DNA of 64,000 bases, taken from the NCBI GenBank assembly GCA_023380755.1, contig JAMCSD010000006.1, positions 252,735 through 316,734 of the forward strand, given 5' to 3'. Source of the DNA: Patescibacteria group bacterium. GTDB lineage: Bacteria > Patescibacteriota > Microgenomatia > UBA12405. Shown here piece after piece: positions 55,114 through 64,000 of this stretch. Positions within the stretch are counted from its first letter, which is position 1. Each line of letters starts with the position of its first letter. The translations under genes were made by a program, and so were the position numbers. The notes below the pieces were generated by a model. It ran no database searches, was not told where the DNA came from, and saw only the letters and a list, made by a program, of their open reading frames with translations.

Positions 55114-55478
55114 TCCAGCTAAGAAGTATTATTAAACCAGCGGATAACTGCGGTGCTAAGCGATTGCAAATCGTTCATGTTTATACTGGTCACCATCACA
55201 AAAAGGCGAGTATTGGTGATGTCGTTCTGGCCGTGGTAAAAGATGCTAACCCCTTAGGTTTGGTCAAGAAAAAAGAAAAAGTAAAAATGGTCATCGTCCG
55301 GACTAAAAAAGAAGTCCGCCGCAAAGATGGCTCTTATATCCGTTTCAGTGATAATGCGGGAGTGGCCATTGATAGCCAGAATAATCCTCGCGGCACTCGT
55401 ATTTTTGGACCAATCGCCCGCGAAATTAAGGATTTAGGCTTTGCTAAAATCGCTTCTATGGCCAAGGAGGTCTATTAA
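55110..55478 (+). CDS. rplN: 50S ribosomal protein L14
   Basis: 122 aa. Contains MIQLRS....ADN.GAK, IGD.V.AVVKDA and IRFSDNA.V. Confidence 0.97.
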   Translation: MIQLRSIIKPADNCGAKRLQIVHVYTGHHHKKASIGDVVLAVVKDANPLGLVKKKEKVKMVIVRTKKEVRRKDGSYIRFSDNAGVAIDSQNNPRGTRIFGPIAREIKDLGFAKIASMAKEVY

Positions 55479-55480
55479 TT

Positions 55481-55801
55481 ATGAAAATCATCAAAGGTGA
55501 TACCGTTACCATTACTACCGGCAAAGACAAGGGCCGCACTGGAGCCGTATTGGCCGTCTTCCCCAAAGAAAATACTATAGTGGTCAAAGACCTCAACATC
55601 TTTAAAAAACACCTTAAATCTCAACAGGGCCAAAAGGGGGGCATTATCGAAAAAGAACGTCCTATTTTAGCCTCCAAGGTGGCTGTCGTCTGTCCCAGCT
55701 GCAAAAAGTTAACCCGCATTGGTTATCAAATTAACAAAGCTAGTGGTAAAGAGCGGATTTGCCGCAAATGCAAAGCCTTATTGCCTAGCGCTACCAAATA
55801 A
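55481..55801 (+). CDS. rplX: 50S ribosomal protein L24
   Basis: 106 aa. KOW motif IKGDTVTITTGKDKGRTG.V. AAGGAGG lies 10 nt upstream. Confidence 0.95.
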   Translation: MKIIKGDTVTITTGKDKGRTGAVLAVFPKENTIVVKDLNIFKKHLKSQQGQKGGIIEKERPILASKVAVVCPSCKKLTRIGYQINKASGKERICRKCKALLPSATK

Positions 55802-55803
55802 TT

Positions 55804-56340
55804 ATGCTTAAAAGTACCATCATCCAAGAGGTTCAAACTCATTTGGGTAAAGAACTCCACCAAAAAAATATTTTTGCTTTACCACGCCTTAAAAAAGTGG
55901 TCATTAATTATCGGGTTCCCGATGCCCGTGAAAGCCAAGAAGCTCTCCATACCGCCGAAACGGAAATTATGGCCATTACTGGTCAAAAACCTCAATTATG
56001 TCGGGCTAAAAAGGCGATTTCTAGCTTTAAAGTCCGCCAGGGTGACCCCTTAGCCCTCAAAGTTACTCTTCGTGGTCAACGGATGTATGATTTTGTCGAA
56101 AAACTTTTTAATTTGGTCCTGCCCCGCTTGCGCGATTTTAAGGGCATGCCCAACACCGCCTTTGATCGTGAAGGTAATTATTCCTTGACCATCAAAGACC
56201 AGACTTATTTCCCCGAAATTGATCTAGATAAAGTCAATAAAATCCGCTCTGTGGAGATCACCCTTTCCCTATCTGCCTCTTCTCAAAGTGAAGCAAAAAT
56301 GTTATTATCCGCCCTAGGTTTCCCGTTTGAGAAAGCCTAA
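55804..56340 (+). CDS. rplE: 50S ribosomal protein L5
   Basis: 178 aa. Contains [15 protein letters not shown]...RAKKAIS.FK.R.G and RDF.G. plus [13 protein letters not shown]. Confidence 0.96.
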   Translation: MLKSTIIQEVQTHLGKELHQKNIFALPRLKKVVINYRVPDARESQEALHTAETEIMAITGQKPQLCRAKKAISSFKVRQGDPLALKVTLRGQRMYDFVEKLFNLVLPRLRDFKGMPNTAFDREGNYSLTIKDQTYFPEIDLDKVNKIRSVEITLSLSASSQSEAKMLLSALGFPFEKA

Positions 56341-56351
56341 AATTAAATAAT

Positions 56352-56537
56352 ATGGCTAATAAAGCAAAAATAGCTCGCGAAAAAAAGACACTTAAACATA
56401 AAGTGCAATATCACAACCGCTGTCAGCTCTGCGGTCGTCCTCATGCCTATATTCGCTTCTTTGGCTTATGCCGTCTTTGCTTTAGAAAATTAGCCCATGC
56501 TGGGGCCCTTCCAGGAGTTAAAAAGTCTAGTTGGTAA
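56352..56537 (+). CDS. rpsN: 30S ribosomal protein S14 type Z (zinc-binding)
   Basis: 61 aa. Contains [34 protein letters not shown]. Confidence 0.96.
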   Translation: MANKAKIAREKKTLKHKVQYHNRCQLCGRPHAYIRFFGLCRLCFRKLAHAGALPGVKKSSW

Positions 56538-56541
56538 ACCT

Positions 56542-56922
56542 ATGATTACAAGTCCCGTTGCCGATCTTCTCATCCGAATTAAAAATGCTTACCGGGCTAA
56601 TCGGAAAGTCGTCACTACTCCTCAGTCCAAATTCAATACTGCCATTACCGAAATGCTTAAAAAGCATGGTTTTATTAACGACTTCGAAGTTAAAGACGGT
56701 CAACTAGAAATCAAGTTAGCCTATGACCGTTCTGCTCCCAAGCTTACGGGTCTCCGTTTAATCTCGACTCCCGGCCGCCGGATTTACGAAAACGCTCTCC
56801 ATCTTCCCTGGGGCCAGAATAGCCGCTCCCTTATTATTGTTTCCACCTCTAAAGGTTTAATGTCCCAACGAGAAGCCGTCAAAGCTCACCTTGGCGGTGA
56901 AATTATTGCGGAAATATACTAA
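56542..56922 (+). CDS. rpsH: 30S ribosomal protein S8
   Basis: MITSPVADLLIRIKNA followed by LIIVSTSKGLMS. I chose the start at 56542 rather than the ORF-track 56497, which overlaps rpsN. Confidence 0.96.
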   Translation: MITSPVADLLIRIKNAYRANRKVVTTPQSKFNTAITEMLKKHGFINDFEVKDGQLEIKLAYDRSAPKLTGLRLISTPGRRIYENALHLPWGQNSRSLIIVSTSKGLMSQREAVKAHLGGEIIAEIY

Positions 56923-56924
56923 CT

Positions 56925-57464
56925 ATGTCACGAATCGGTCGTCAACTAATCACTATTCCCCAAGGTGTTACCGTCAATGTTACCGGATCCCAAGTCGCCG
57001 TTAAAGGGCCCAAAGGTGAATTGCATCTTGATCTTCCTTCCCGAATTGCCGCTGAAATCAAAGAGGGCAAAATTTCCGTGTCCCGTACTGGTGAAGACAA
57101 AGTCACCCGCTCCCGCCATGGTGCCATCCGGGCTTTGCTTAATAACATGGTCGCCGGTGTTGTTACTCCCTGGAAAAAAGAGTTAGAAATCCGCGGTACT
57201 GGTTACAAAGCGGTAGCTAATGGCAATAAGCTGACTGTGACCGCTGGTTATATCCACCCAGTCGTCATTAATGCTCCGGCCGGAATCCTGTTTCAAGTTG
57301 CCGAAGATACCAAGATTACTGTTACCGGTTGTGATAAAATTATTGTCGGTCAAGTTGCTAGTAATGTCCGCAAGATCAAACCCCCTGAACCTTATAAAGG
57401 TAAGGGCATTCGGTATCTTAACGAAATTATTAAGTTAAAAGCTGGCAAGACTGCGAAAGCCTAA
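56925..57464 (+). CDS. rplF: 50S ribosomal protein L6
   Basis: 179 aa. Contains MSRIGRQLITIPQGVTV, V.VKGPKGEL and EPYKGKGIRY. Confidence 0.97.
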   Translation: MSRIGRQLITIPQGVTVNVTGSQVAVKGPKGELHLDLPSRIAAEIKEGKISVSRTGEDKVTRSRHGAIRALLNNMVAGVVTPWKKELEIRGTGYKAVANGNKLTVTAGYIHPVVINAPAGILFQVAEDTKITVTGCDKIIVGQVASNVRKIKPPEPYKGKGIRYLNEIIKLKAGKTAKA

Positions 57465-57466
57465 TT

Positions 57467-57808
57467 ATGATTAGTCAAAATACCAAATTACGCCGTCTCA
57501 AAAGAGTTCGTGGTAAGCTCATGGGCAACTTAGGCGTCCCTCGCTTGTCGGTTTTCCGCTCCAATAAAAACATTTGGGCGCAAATTATTGATGACCAACA
57601 TGGGCGCACCATCGTCACCGCTTCTACCAAGAACGTTGCCACCAAAGGCACTAAAACCGAAAAGGCCACTGCCGTTGGCGCCGCCATTGCTGCTGCTGCT
57701 TTAAAATTACATGTTAAAAAAGTCCGTTTTGATCGGGGTCTTTTCCGTTATCATGGTCGGGTGAAAGCCCTGGCCGAAGGTGCCCGTTCTAATGGTTTGC
57801 AATTCTAA
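57467..57808 (+). CDS. rplR: 50S ribosomal protein L18
   Basis: 113 aa. Contains RLSVFRSNKNIWAQIIDD and FDRG...YHGRVKALAEGAR..GL.F. Confidence 0.96.
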   Translation: MISQNTKLRRLKRVRGKLMGNLGVPRLSVFRSNKNIWAQIIDDQHGRTIVTASTKNVATKGTKTEKATAVGAAIAAAALKLHVKKVRFDRGLFRYHGRVKALAEGARSNGLQF

Positions 57809-57813
57809 ATTCT

Positions 57814-58290
57814 ATGCCGATTTCTGAAATTACCATCGATAAAAAGTTTTCCAAAGAGAAAGAGAACGAATTTATAGACAAAGTCGTTCAAATCAAACGC
57901 GTCTCTAACAAAACCAAAGGCGGCAATCAAATTTCCTTTACCGCCCTAGTCGTCTCCGGTGATAAGAAAAATCGGGTCGGAGTCGGACTCGGCAAAGCCA
58001 AAAGTGTCGCTGATGCTATTGCCAAGGCCACCAAAAAAGCCCGCAAAGACATGATTACTATTCCGGTGGTCAACGGGACTATTCCCCACAGCGTTCTAAC
58101 CAAATATAAAGCCGCTCGGGTTTTAATCCGTCCTGGTAAATCCGGTTCCGGTCTCATTGCCGGTGGTCCGGTTCGGGCCGTCGTCGAAGTCGCCGGTATC
58201 AAAGATATTGTTTCCAAAATTATTGGTACCAAAAACAAATCATTAAATGTTTGGGCTACTCTCCAGGCATTATCCAGTTTACGAAAATAA
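57814..58290 (+). CDS. rpsE: 30S ribosomal protein S5
   Basis: 158 aa. Contains V.IKRVSNKTKGGN..SF.ALVV.GD....VG.G.GKA..V..AI.KA and PGKSGSGLIAGGPVRAV. Confidence 0.97.
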   Translation: MPISEITIDKKFSKEKENEFIDKVVQIKRVSNKTKGGNQISFTALVVSGDKKNRVGVGLGKAKSVADAIAKATKKARKDMITIPVVNGTIPHSVLTKYKAARVLIRPGKSGSGLIAGGPVRAVVEVAGIKDIVSKIIGTKNKSLNVWATLQALSSLRK

Positions 58291-58295
58291 CCCCT

Positions 58296-58736
58296 ATGGT
58301 CACCCTTTCCTCTCTACCTAAAACAGTTGCCAAAAGTCAGAAGCGCGTCGGTCGCGGTTATGGCTCCGGTGTCGGCGGCCACACTACCGGCCGGGGAGCC
58401 AAAGGTGATAAAGTCCGCGGGACCAACAAGCTCACCTTTGATGGTTCCAAAATCAAAAAATCCTGGATTAAGCGGACTCCATTCCTCCGGGGTAAACATC
58501 GGATTTTAGCCAAAGTAAAACCGTTTGCTGTTTCTTTAACTCAGATTGATGTCTGGTTTAAAGCCAATGACACCATTACCGTCAAAGACTTGCAAAAGAA
58601 ACTTCATGAAAATTATACCGCCTTCAAAATATTGAGTGCTCCTAAATTTGATAAAACCTTAACCTTTAAGGGTCTTGTTGTCTCCACGAAAGCTAAGGAT
58701 CAAATTATCGCTGCAGGTGGTAAAATCGAGTCATGA
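58296..58736 (+). CDS. rplO: 50S ribosomal protein L15
   Basis: Contains [24 protein letters not shown]. The ATG at 58296 is 5 nt after the rpsE stop, so no L30 gene lies between them. Confidence 0.95.
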   Translation: MVTLSSLPKTVAKSQKRVGRGYGSGVGGHTTGRGAKGDKVRGTNKLTFDGSKIKKSWIKRTPFLRGKHRILAKVKPFAVSLTQIDVWFKANDTITVKDLQKKLHENYTAFKILSAPKFDKTLTFKGLVVSTKAKDQIIAAGGKIES

Positions 58737-60013
58737 ACCGGGTCACCCAGCTCCTTTCGTTATACACCGAAGGGTTAAAAACCCCTCTCCTTCGAAAAAA
58801 AGTTTTCATCACTGTCGGAATTCTGATCCTCTTCCGTTTGATTGCCCACATTCCTGTTCCCGGCGTTAACTTAACTCTTTTGCGCCAGTTCTTTGCTCAA
58901 AACCAACTTTTATCTTTGCTGGACATTTTTTCCGGCGGCACCTTGGCTAATTTTTCTATTGCCGCTCTGGGCTTAAATCCTTACATCAACGCGTCAGTCA
59001 TGTTGCAGCTCTTTACTATGGTTAGTCCCAAGTTAGAAGAGTTAAGCAAAGAAGGGGAGTACGGCCGGGCTAAAATGAATCAGTATACTCGGATTTTGAC
59101 TGTCCCCTTGGCTATAGTCCAATCATTGGGAATGTACGGCATTTTACATTCACAAAAAATAATCCCTACCTTACCGCCATTATTAATCGTGGCTCTGGTG
59201 GCTAGCATGGTCGCCGGCACCATGGTAATGATTTTCTTGGGTGAACAGATTAACCTTTATGGCGTCGGTAATGGTATTTCGGTGATCATTTTTGCCGGTA
59301 TCATTTCCCGCTTACCTATTTCCATTTTTCAAACCCTACAAATTTCTGACTTTTCTAATCCTCAAACCCTGTTCAATATTCTTCTTTTTGCCGGCTTAGC
59401 TATTTTATTAATCGGTGGAATTGTCATGGTCGAAGAAGCGGTTTTACGCATTCCCGTCAATTATGCCCGCCGCGCCCAAACCACTTATTTGCCGATTAAA
59501 ATCGATACTGCTGGGGTGATGCCGATTATCTTTGCTGTTTCCTTGGCGACCGCTCCTTCTTTAATTGGTCAATTTGTCAGTAAGCTGCCCCAGCCCGCCA
59601 TTGCCCACTTGGGTACGGTTGTCTCCCAGATTTTTAGTACCCGGAGTTATGTCTATTCCGCTTTTTATTTCTTAATGGTGGTCGCTTTTACTTTCTTTTA
59701 TACTTCAGTGGTTTTTAAACCCAAAGATGTAGCCGAAGAACTGCGTAAATCTGGAGGTTTCATCCCTGGTATCCGTCCCGGAATCGCCACCGAAAAACGT
59801 CTCCAATATTTGGTTAATCGCGTTATGATCATCGGAGGTGTCTTTTTAGGTTTGATTGCCGTTGTTCCTTCCATATTGCAAAACATTACTGGTGTGGCTT
59901 CTTTAACTATCGGCGGCACCTCTGTTCTGATCGTCGTTTCGGTGATTATTGAGTTGACCCGTAAAATTGAAAACGTGGTCCAAATGTACCGTTACGAGAA
60001 AATATCATATTAG
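58733..60013 (+). CDS. secY: preprotein translocase subunit SecY
   Basis: 426 aa. Ten TM helices. Contains [26 protein letters not shown] and [11 protein letters not shown]. Confidence 0.97.
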   Translation: MNRVTQLLSLYTEGLKTPLLRKKVFITVGILILFRLIAHIPVPGVNLTLLRQFFAQNQLLSLLDIFSGGTLANFSIAALGLNPYINASVMLQLFTMVSPKLEELSKEGEYGRAKMNQYTRILTVPLAIVQSLGMYGILHSQKIIPTLPPLLIVALVASMVAGTMVMIFLGEQINLYGVGNGISVIIFAGIISRLPISIFQTLQISDFSNPQTLFNILLFAGLAILLIGGIVMVEEAVLRIPVNYARRAQTTYLPIKIDTAGVMPIIFAVSLATAPSLIGQFVSKLPQPAIAHLGTVVSQIFSTRSYVYSAFYFLMVVAFTFFYTSVVFKPKDVAEELRKSGGFIPGIRPGIATEKRLQYLVNRVMIIGGVFLGLIAVVPSILQNITGVASLTIGGTSVLIVVSVIIELTRKIENVVQMYRYEKISY

Positions 60014-60036
60014 TTAGACGTTAGAAACTAGTCATT

Positions 60037-60618
60037 ATGTCATTAAACCTATTTATCATCGGACCATCCGGCTGCGGCAAATCTACTCAAGCCAAATTAA
60101 TTGCTGAAAAATATCATCTGAGCCACCTATCCATGGGCCAATTATTACGGGACAAAATTGGCAGCGATTCTCCTCTGGGTAAAAAACTTAAATTTTACGT
60201 TGATCAGGGTATCTGGGTTCCCGATGACCTAATATTCGAGATTTTATTACTCGAACTAAATAAGTTGCACAACGAGAATTTTATTGTTGATGGCTTCCCT
60301 CGGGTTTTAAACCAGGGCAAGTTTATTGAACATTACTTAACAGAGTTGCAAAAACCTTTATCCCTGATTATTCACCTTGACGTCACTTTTGAAGAAATCA
60401 TGACCCGCCGCGCCCGCCTCGGCCAAAAATTCCAAGATGCCGCCCGTACTGACAACACCCCCGAGGCCGTCGCCAAACGCCAGGCTTCCTATAATGACAC
60501 CATCAATCCTATCAAAGAATACTTTTCCTCTAGCGGCAAGCTTTTTGACGTCGACGGTAATCGCCCGGTGGACCCCATTTTTCAGGACATTTGTCAAAAA
60601 ATCAACGAAATGCGCTAA
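60037..60618 (+). CDS. adk: adenylate kinase (short-lid type, no zinc motif)
   Basis: 193 aa. P-loop IIGPSGCGKSTQA, then GQLLRD and DGFPR...Q. Confidence 0.92.
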   Translation: MSLNLFIIGPSGCGKSTQAKLIAEKYHLSHLSMGQLLRDKIGSDSPLGKKLKFYVDQGIWVPDDLIFEILLLELNKLHNENFIVDGFPRVLNQGKFIEHYLTELQKPLSLIIHLDVTFEEIMTRRARLGQKFQDAARTDNTPEAVAKRQASYNDTINPIKEYFSSSGKLFDVDGNRPVDPIFQDICQKINEMR

Positions 60619-60627
60619 GATGTTTAT

Positions 60628-61728
60628 ATGAACTATAAACATTTGTCATTGGCCTTTTTAGGTACTGCTGTTGTTTTGTGTTTAATATACGCCGCTTTTA
60701 TTTTAGGAAAAAACCTCGCTGTTGCTCCTAGCAACCCCGTTGTCGTCCGCCAATCCAGCCCGACCGCAATCCCCACAGCTGTTCCCACTCTGTCCCTTTG
60801 GCAAACCTACAAAAACGAAAAATATGGTTTTGAACTCCAATATCCCGCCGGCTATCAGGTGGGTACTTTAAATCAAGCAGCCGATAAGACCATGCCTTCA
60901 ACAATATTTTCTGTTACTAAAAACTTCACTTTCCCCAATACGGTTCTCCGCTCCGATGCCAGCTTTATAGTCGCAGTTATCCCTAGTCTGTCGACAGTTC
61001 AGAAGTGTTATACCAGTAGCGATACCAATGCCCCGCTAACCAAGTCCGTTACCATTTCCGGCCAAAAACTTTATTATCCGCCCCGGTCGACCACGGGTGC
61101 GGCCGGAACGCACCTGACTCGTCAGGAATATAAGCTGTTTTATCAGGGTCAGTGCCTCGGCATTACTGAAGAATATACCGCCAGCAGTGATTGGAACCGC
61201 CCCGCTGATTTTAGTCTTAGTGATTCGACCCAATCTACCGTCTTTACCACCCTTGACCAAGTCTTGCATACCTTAAAATTTACTACTCCCATTCCCATGG
61301 GTGATTCTTCACAAAGTTCCTGGAAAACTTATTCCAATCCCGTCTTAAACCTCTCCTTTCAATATCCAGCCGATTTTACTATCCAACATGGTTCTGGCTT
61401 TCTTTTGTACCCCAATAAAGATTTCACCATCTCCATCTATAGTGAGGAAACTAACCTCTCACCTACCGGTTGGATTAAACTTAAAAACAAGTGTCCTGAT
61501 TGGGGAACGACCTCTTCTTGCACTGTTTATTCTCCTGGTCCCTTACCGAATTCGCTCAAATTCGAGTCCCTTAACCGCCAATACGGTGCTTACGATTATG
61601 TAGTTAAAACAACTGATAAAATTATCGATATTTCCCTCGGTACTGTTGAACCGGGAAACTTAACTTCCGAAGCTAAACAACTTTTTAACCAAATAATCGC
61701 CACTCTTAAATTTACCTCTAATGATTAA
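60628..61728 (+). CDS. membrane-anchored secreted hypothetical protein with two copies of a W-x-T-Y...Y-P domain
   Basis: 366 aa. N-terminal TM helix. WQTYKNEKYGFELQYPAGY (from 60799) and WKTYSNPVLNLSFQYPADF (from 61321) start two similar modules. Confidence 0.65.
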   Translation: MNYKHLSLAFLGTAVVLCLIYAAFILGKNLAVAPSNPVVVRQSSPTAIPTAVPTLSLWQTYKNEKYGFELQYPAGYQVGTLNQAADKTMPSTIFSVTKNFTFPNTVLRSDASFIVAVIPSLSTVQKCYTSSDTNAPLTKSVTISGQKLYYPPRSTTGAAGTHLTRQEYKLFYQGQCLGITEEYTASSDWNRPADFSLSDSTQSTVFTTLDQVLHTLKFTTPIPMGDSSQSSWKTYSNPVLNLSFQYPADFTIQHGSGFLLYPNKDFTISIYSEETNLSPTGWIKLKNKCPDWGTTSSCTVYSPGPLPNSLKFESLNRQYGAYDYVVKTTDKIIDISLGTVEPGNLTSEAKQLFNQIIATLKFTSND

Positions 61729-62596
61729 TTACCGACACCTTACCCTGGCCTTTATTTTTACTGCCTTTTTACTCTCAGCTATTTACGTTGCCAATTTCAT
61801 CCGCCCCACCGATATCGCTCATCTTCCCACCCCTGCCCCTCAACCCACCGTCATTCCCACCTCCGTCCCCACCGGTCCTGGCGGGTGGTCCGCTTTTCGC
61901 AATGACCGTTTCGAATATCAGCTTCAATATCCCACCGCCTCCGCTTATACTGTTTCCGACTCGACCGTTAGCTTCACCAATCTGGCCCCCAGCTTCAACA
62001 TTACCGATTTTGGCCAATCCACCTCTCCCGACCCCCTGTATGACTCTAATTGCGGCACTTCGCTGACCGACTCCACCGTTGTTGACCGCCCAGTTACCGT
62101 TGGTAGCCTATCCGGACGCTACTTAGTCCAAAAAGAAGGGGTTCTCAACCTCTTTCATTACTGCCTCGTCAGCCCCAAAAATCATCTCATTGTCATTAAA
62201 ATTACCTATGATAAGCCCCAACTACCCAGCCTTATTACGAAAGTAATCGATTCTTTCAGGTTTACTGCTGACGTGCCCCCGGTGGTTATTTTGGCGCCCC
62301 CTGTTGGCTCCAAAGTTACTTCTCCCTTAACCGTCACCGGAACGGCTCCTCGAGGTTGGACCTTTGAAGGCGTTTTAAGAATATATGTTGAAGATAGCCG
62401 CCATCAACCCCTGGCCGGGGGACCTATTTATACCAAGTTAGCCCCGGAAAGTGATACTACCGTCAGCTTTAGCACGACTCTTAAGTTCATCCCCAAATCT
62501 GCTTCCGGTTATGTTACTATTAAAAACGATAATCCCAGTGGTTTGCCACAAAATGACAAATCCTACTCCATTCCGATTAAATTTATTACTAATTAA
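61721..62596 (+). CDS. membrane-anchored secreted hypothetical protein, paralogous N-terminus, with a C-terminal Ig-like (Gmad2-like) domain
   Basis: 291 aa. The N-terminus MINYRHLTLAFIFTAFLLSAIYVA parallels MNYKHLSLAFLGTAVVLCLIYAA of the upstream gene. WSAFRNDRFEYQLQYP starts at 61886. The C-terminal SPLTVTGTAPRGWTFEGVLRIYVED resembles Gmad2 Ig-like domains. Confidence 0.65.
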   Translation: MINYRHLTLAFIFTAFLLSAIYVANFIRPTDIAHLPTPAPQPTVIPTSVPTGPGGWSAFRNDRFEYQLQYPTASAYTVSDSTVSFTNLAPSFNITDFGQSTSPDPLYDSNCGTSLTDSTVVDRPVTVGSLSGRYLVQKEGVLNLFHYCLVSPKNHLIVIKITYDKPQLPSLITKVIDSFRFTADVPPVVILAPPVGSKVTSPLTVTGTAPRGWTFEGVLRIYVEDSRHQPLAGGPIYTKLAPESDTTVSFSTTLKFIPKSASGYVTIKNDNPSGLPQNDKSYSIPIKFITN

Positions 62597-62602
62597 ACCT
62601 AA

Positions 62603-62809
62603 ATGCCACAAGAACCAACTGTCAAAGGTCAGATTACTGAAAGCCTCCCAAACGCCATGTTTCGGGTGCGCCTGGCCGACGGTCGCGAAATAATCGCGAT
62701 GTTAGCCGGAAAGTTACGCTTAAATCACATTAGGGTCATCCCCGGGGACAATGTCTCCTTGGTACTCAGCCCTCAGGGGGATCGGGGTCGGATCGTCTAT
62801 CGGGGGTAA
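62603..62809 (+). CDS. infA: translation initiation factor IF-1
   Basis: 68 aa. Contains G.ITESLPNAMFRVRLADGREI.A.LAGKLR...IRV.PGD.V and GRIVYR. Confidence 0.96.
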   Translation: MPQEPTVKGQITESLPNAMFRVRLADGREIIAMLAGKLRLNHIRVIPGDNVSLVLSPQGDRGRIVYRG

Positions 62810-62823
62810 ATTCAATTTCCTCT

Positions 62824-62852
62824 TTGATTTAGAGGCATTCTTAGGTTACAAT
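62824..62852 (+). promoter_or_regulatory. candidate promoter for rpmJ-rpsM-rpsK-rpsD
   Basis: TTGATT (62824-62829), a 17-nt spacer, then TACAAT (62847-62852). Confidence 0.35.
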
Positions 62853-62868
62853 AGCAAAGCCTTTTTTT

Positions 62869-62982
62869 ATGAAAGTCGTCTCAAGTATTAAACGCCGGTG
62901 CAAAAACTGTAAGGTGGTCATCCGCCGCGGTACTCGCCGGATTATCTGTTCAACCAAGAAGCACACCCAAAAGCAAGGGTAA
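62869..62982 (+). CDS. rpmJ: 50S ribosomal protein L36
   Basis: My own translation gives 37 aa: MKVVSSIKRRCKNCKVVIRRGTRRIICSTKKHTQKQG. It has a C..C...C..H zinc-ribbon pattern. It is below the ORF-track length cut-off and sits in the canonical position after infA. Confidence 0.93.
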   Translation: MKVVSSIKRRCKNCKVVIRRGTRRIICSTKKHTQKQG

Positions 62983-62986
62983 TTTT

Positions 62987-63439
62987 ATGAGAATTGCTGG
63001 TGTCGATATTCCCGATAACGAACGAGCCGAAATCGGTTTAACCCGCTTTTACGGTATTGGTCGTACCAATGTCAAATTACTGGCCAAAAATGCCGGAATT
63101 GGGCTTAACACCCGAATCAAGGATTTAAGCCGCGACGACGTTAGTTCTCTCATGAAAGCCCTGGAAGGATTTAAAGTTGAAGGTGATCTTAAAAAAGAAA
63201 TCCGCGAAAACATCGATCGGCTGAAGGCCATTCGCAGTTATCGTGGCTTTCGTCATATGATGAGCCTACCCGTCCGTGGACAACGGACCAAGAGTAACGC
63301 CCGGACCCGCAAGGGTAAAAAGAAGACCGTCGGTTCGCTTACCAAGGAAGCCTGGGCCAAAATCGAAGCCGCCCAAACTCCCGCGGCTGCCGCTACTGCT
63401 CCCGCTGCTCCAACTAAACCGGCTGCTCCCACCAAATAA
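62987..63439 (+). CDS. rpsM: 30S ribosomal protein S13 with an Ala/Pro-rich C-terminal tail
   Basis: 150 aa. Contains MRIAGVDIP, GIGRTN and YRG.RH...LPVRGQRTK.NART.KG. The tail is AAQTPAAAATAPAAPTKPAAPTK. Confidence 0.96.
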   Translation: MRIAGVDIPDNERAEIGLTRFYGIGRTNVKLLAKNAGIGLNTRIKDLSRDDVSSLMKALEGFKVEGDLKKEIRENIDRLKAIRSYRGFRHMMSLPVRGQRTKSNARTRKGKKKTVGSLTKEAWAKIEAAQTPAAAATAPAAPTKPAAPTK

Positions 63440-63452
63440 TTAATCAAATTTT

Positions 63453-63860
63453 ATGGATCAAGTAAAAGAAAATACCGCCAATAAAATAGTTAAGAAAAAG
63501 ACGTACCAAAGCATTGCTGAGGGTCGTTTGTACGTTAAATCCACCTTCAACAATACCATCGTTTCGGTTACCGATGCCAAGGGTAATGCTCTTTGCTGGT
63601 CCAGTTCCGGTCATGCCGGGTTTAAAGGTGCCCGCAAGTCCACTCCTTATGCCGCCACTACTGCTATCGAAAAAACTCTTGAAGAGGCCAAGAAATATGG
63701 CATCAAGAAATTATCGGTTTACCTTAAAGGTCCGGGGGTTGGTCGTGATGCTGCCCTAAGGTTTCTTCGCACCAAAAAAGATTTTGATGTCGACCTGGTT
63801 GCTGACGTTACCGCTATTCCTTTCAATGGTCCCCGTCCGCCTAAACAAAGGAGAATATAA
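63453..63860 (+). CDS. rpsK: 30S ribosomal protein S11
   Basis: 135 aa. Contains [40 protein letters not shown] and D.T.IP.NG.RPPK.RR. Confidence 0.97.
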   Translation: MDQVKENTANKIVKKKTYQSIAEGRLYVKSTFNNTIVSVTDAKGNALCWSSSGHAGFKGARKSTPYAATTAIEKTLEEAKKYGIKKLSVYLKGPGVGRDAALRFLRTKKDFDVDLVADVTAIPFNGPRPPKQRRI

Positions 63861-63868
63861 ATACCCAT

Positions 63869-64000
63869 ATGGCAAGAATGCTTGTTGATGCAAAATGTCG
63901 TTTATGCCGCGCTAGCGGCGAAAAATTATACCTTAAGGGGGCTCGCTGTTTGTCTCCTAAGTGTCCCATGGAAAAGAAGGCCACCCCTCCGGGAATGCAT
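63869..64000 (+). CDS. rpsD: 30S ribosomal protein S4 (N-terminal part; the 3' end lies outside the window)
   Basis: My own translation gives [44 protein letters not shown]. This is the zinc-ribbon N-terminus typical of S4, in the canonical position after rpsK. Confidence 0.9.
   Translation, partial: MARMLVDAKCRLCRASGEKLYLKGARCLSPKCPMEKKATPPGMH

Noticed and set aside
62810-62868. Possible terminator between infA and rpmJ (AGGC...GCCT followed by a run of 7 T).
   Set aside because: The stem is only 4 bp with a loop of about 20 nt, so it is unlikely to be a functional intrinsic terminator. The T-run may simply be part of the rpmJ upstream region.
1-64000. Possible alternative genetic code (UGA recoding, as in some CPR lineages).
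   Set aside because: TGA terminates several well-defined conserved genes at the expected length, including rpmC, rpsQ, rplO and the Zn-ribbon ORF before mltG. No conserved protein is interrupted by an in-frame TGA.

Overview
The window is a gene-dense, almost entirely plus-strand stretch of a small bacterial chromosome that uses the standard code, since TGA, TAA and TAG all act as stops. It holds core information-processing genes. In order these are rmuC, the hrcA-grpE-dnaK-dnaJ heat-shock operon with a CIRCE-like operator, nusA-infB, rpsO-pnp, and a Lon-like AAA+ module. They are followed by RNase J, a T-box leader with proS, ftsK, alaS, a sortase, ruvX, mltG, rpoB-rpoC, and rpsL-rpsG. After an insertion come fusA-tuf and the S10-spc-alpha ribosomal protein string, from rpsJ to a partial rpsD at the right edge. 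By eye I found no rRNA, tRNA, CRISPR array or transposase.

Several traits point to a reduced-genome lineage of the Candidate Phyla Radiation/Patescibacteria type; this is inference, not proof. There is no rpmD (L30) between rpsE and rplO, and no map between adk and infA. Many core proteins are shortened: IF2, AlaRS, HrcA, a Lon without a protease domain, and a MiaB-like enzyme without a TRAM domain. Sortase and several proline-rich membrane-anchored secreted proteins are present, and many genes sit directly behind a -10 box with no Shine-Dalgarno sequence.

Only six genes lie on the minus strand. The most interesting locus is a tightly coupled minus-strand three-gene cassette at 23001-26583. 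It encodes a fusion of a Pol-beta-type nucleotidyltransferase with an APH/choline-kinase-fold kinase, a divergent NDK-fold protein with a Cys-rich tail, and a second APH-fold kinase. The cassette converges on a Nudix hydrolase gene. I cannot assign it to any characterised pathway.

Other notable points are a 3.2-kb insertion that splits the rpsG-fusA junction, a probable proline T-box followed by a small ORF ahead of proS, and two paralogous secreted proteins where map normally sits. All functional calls rest on motif recognition by eye, and no database search was possible.
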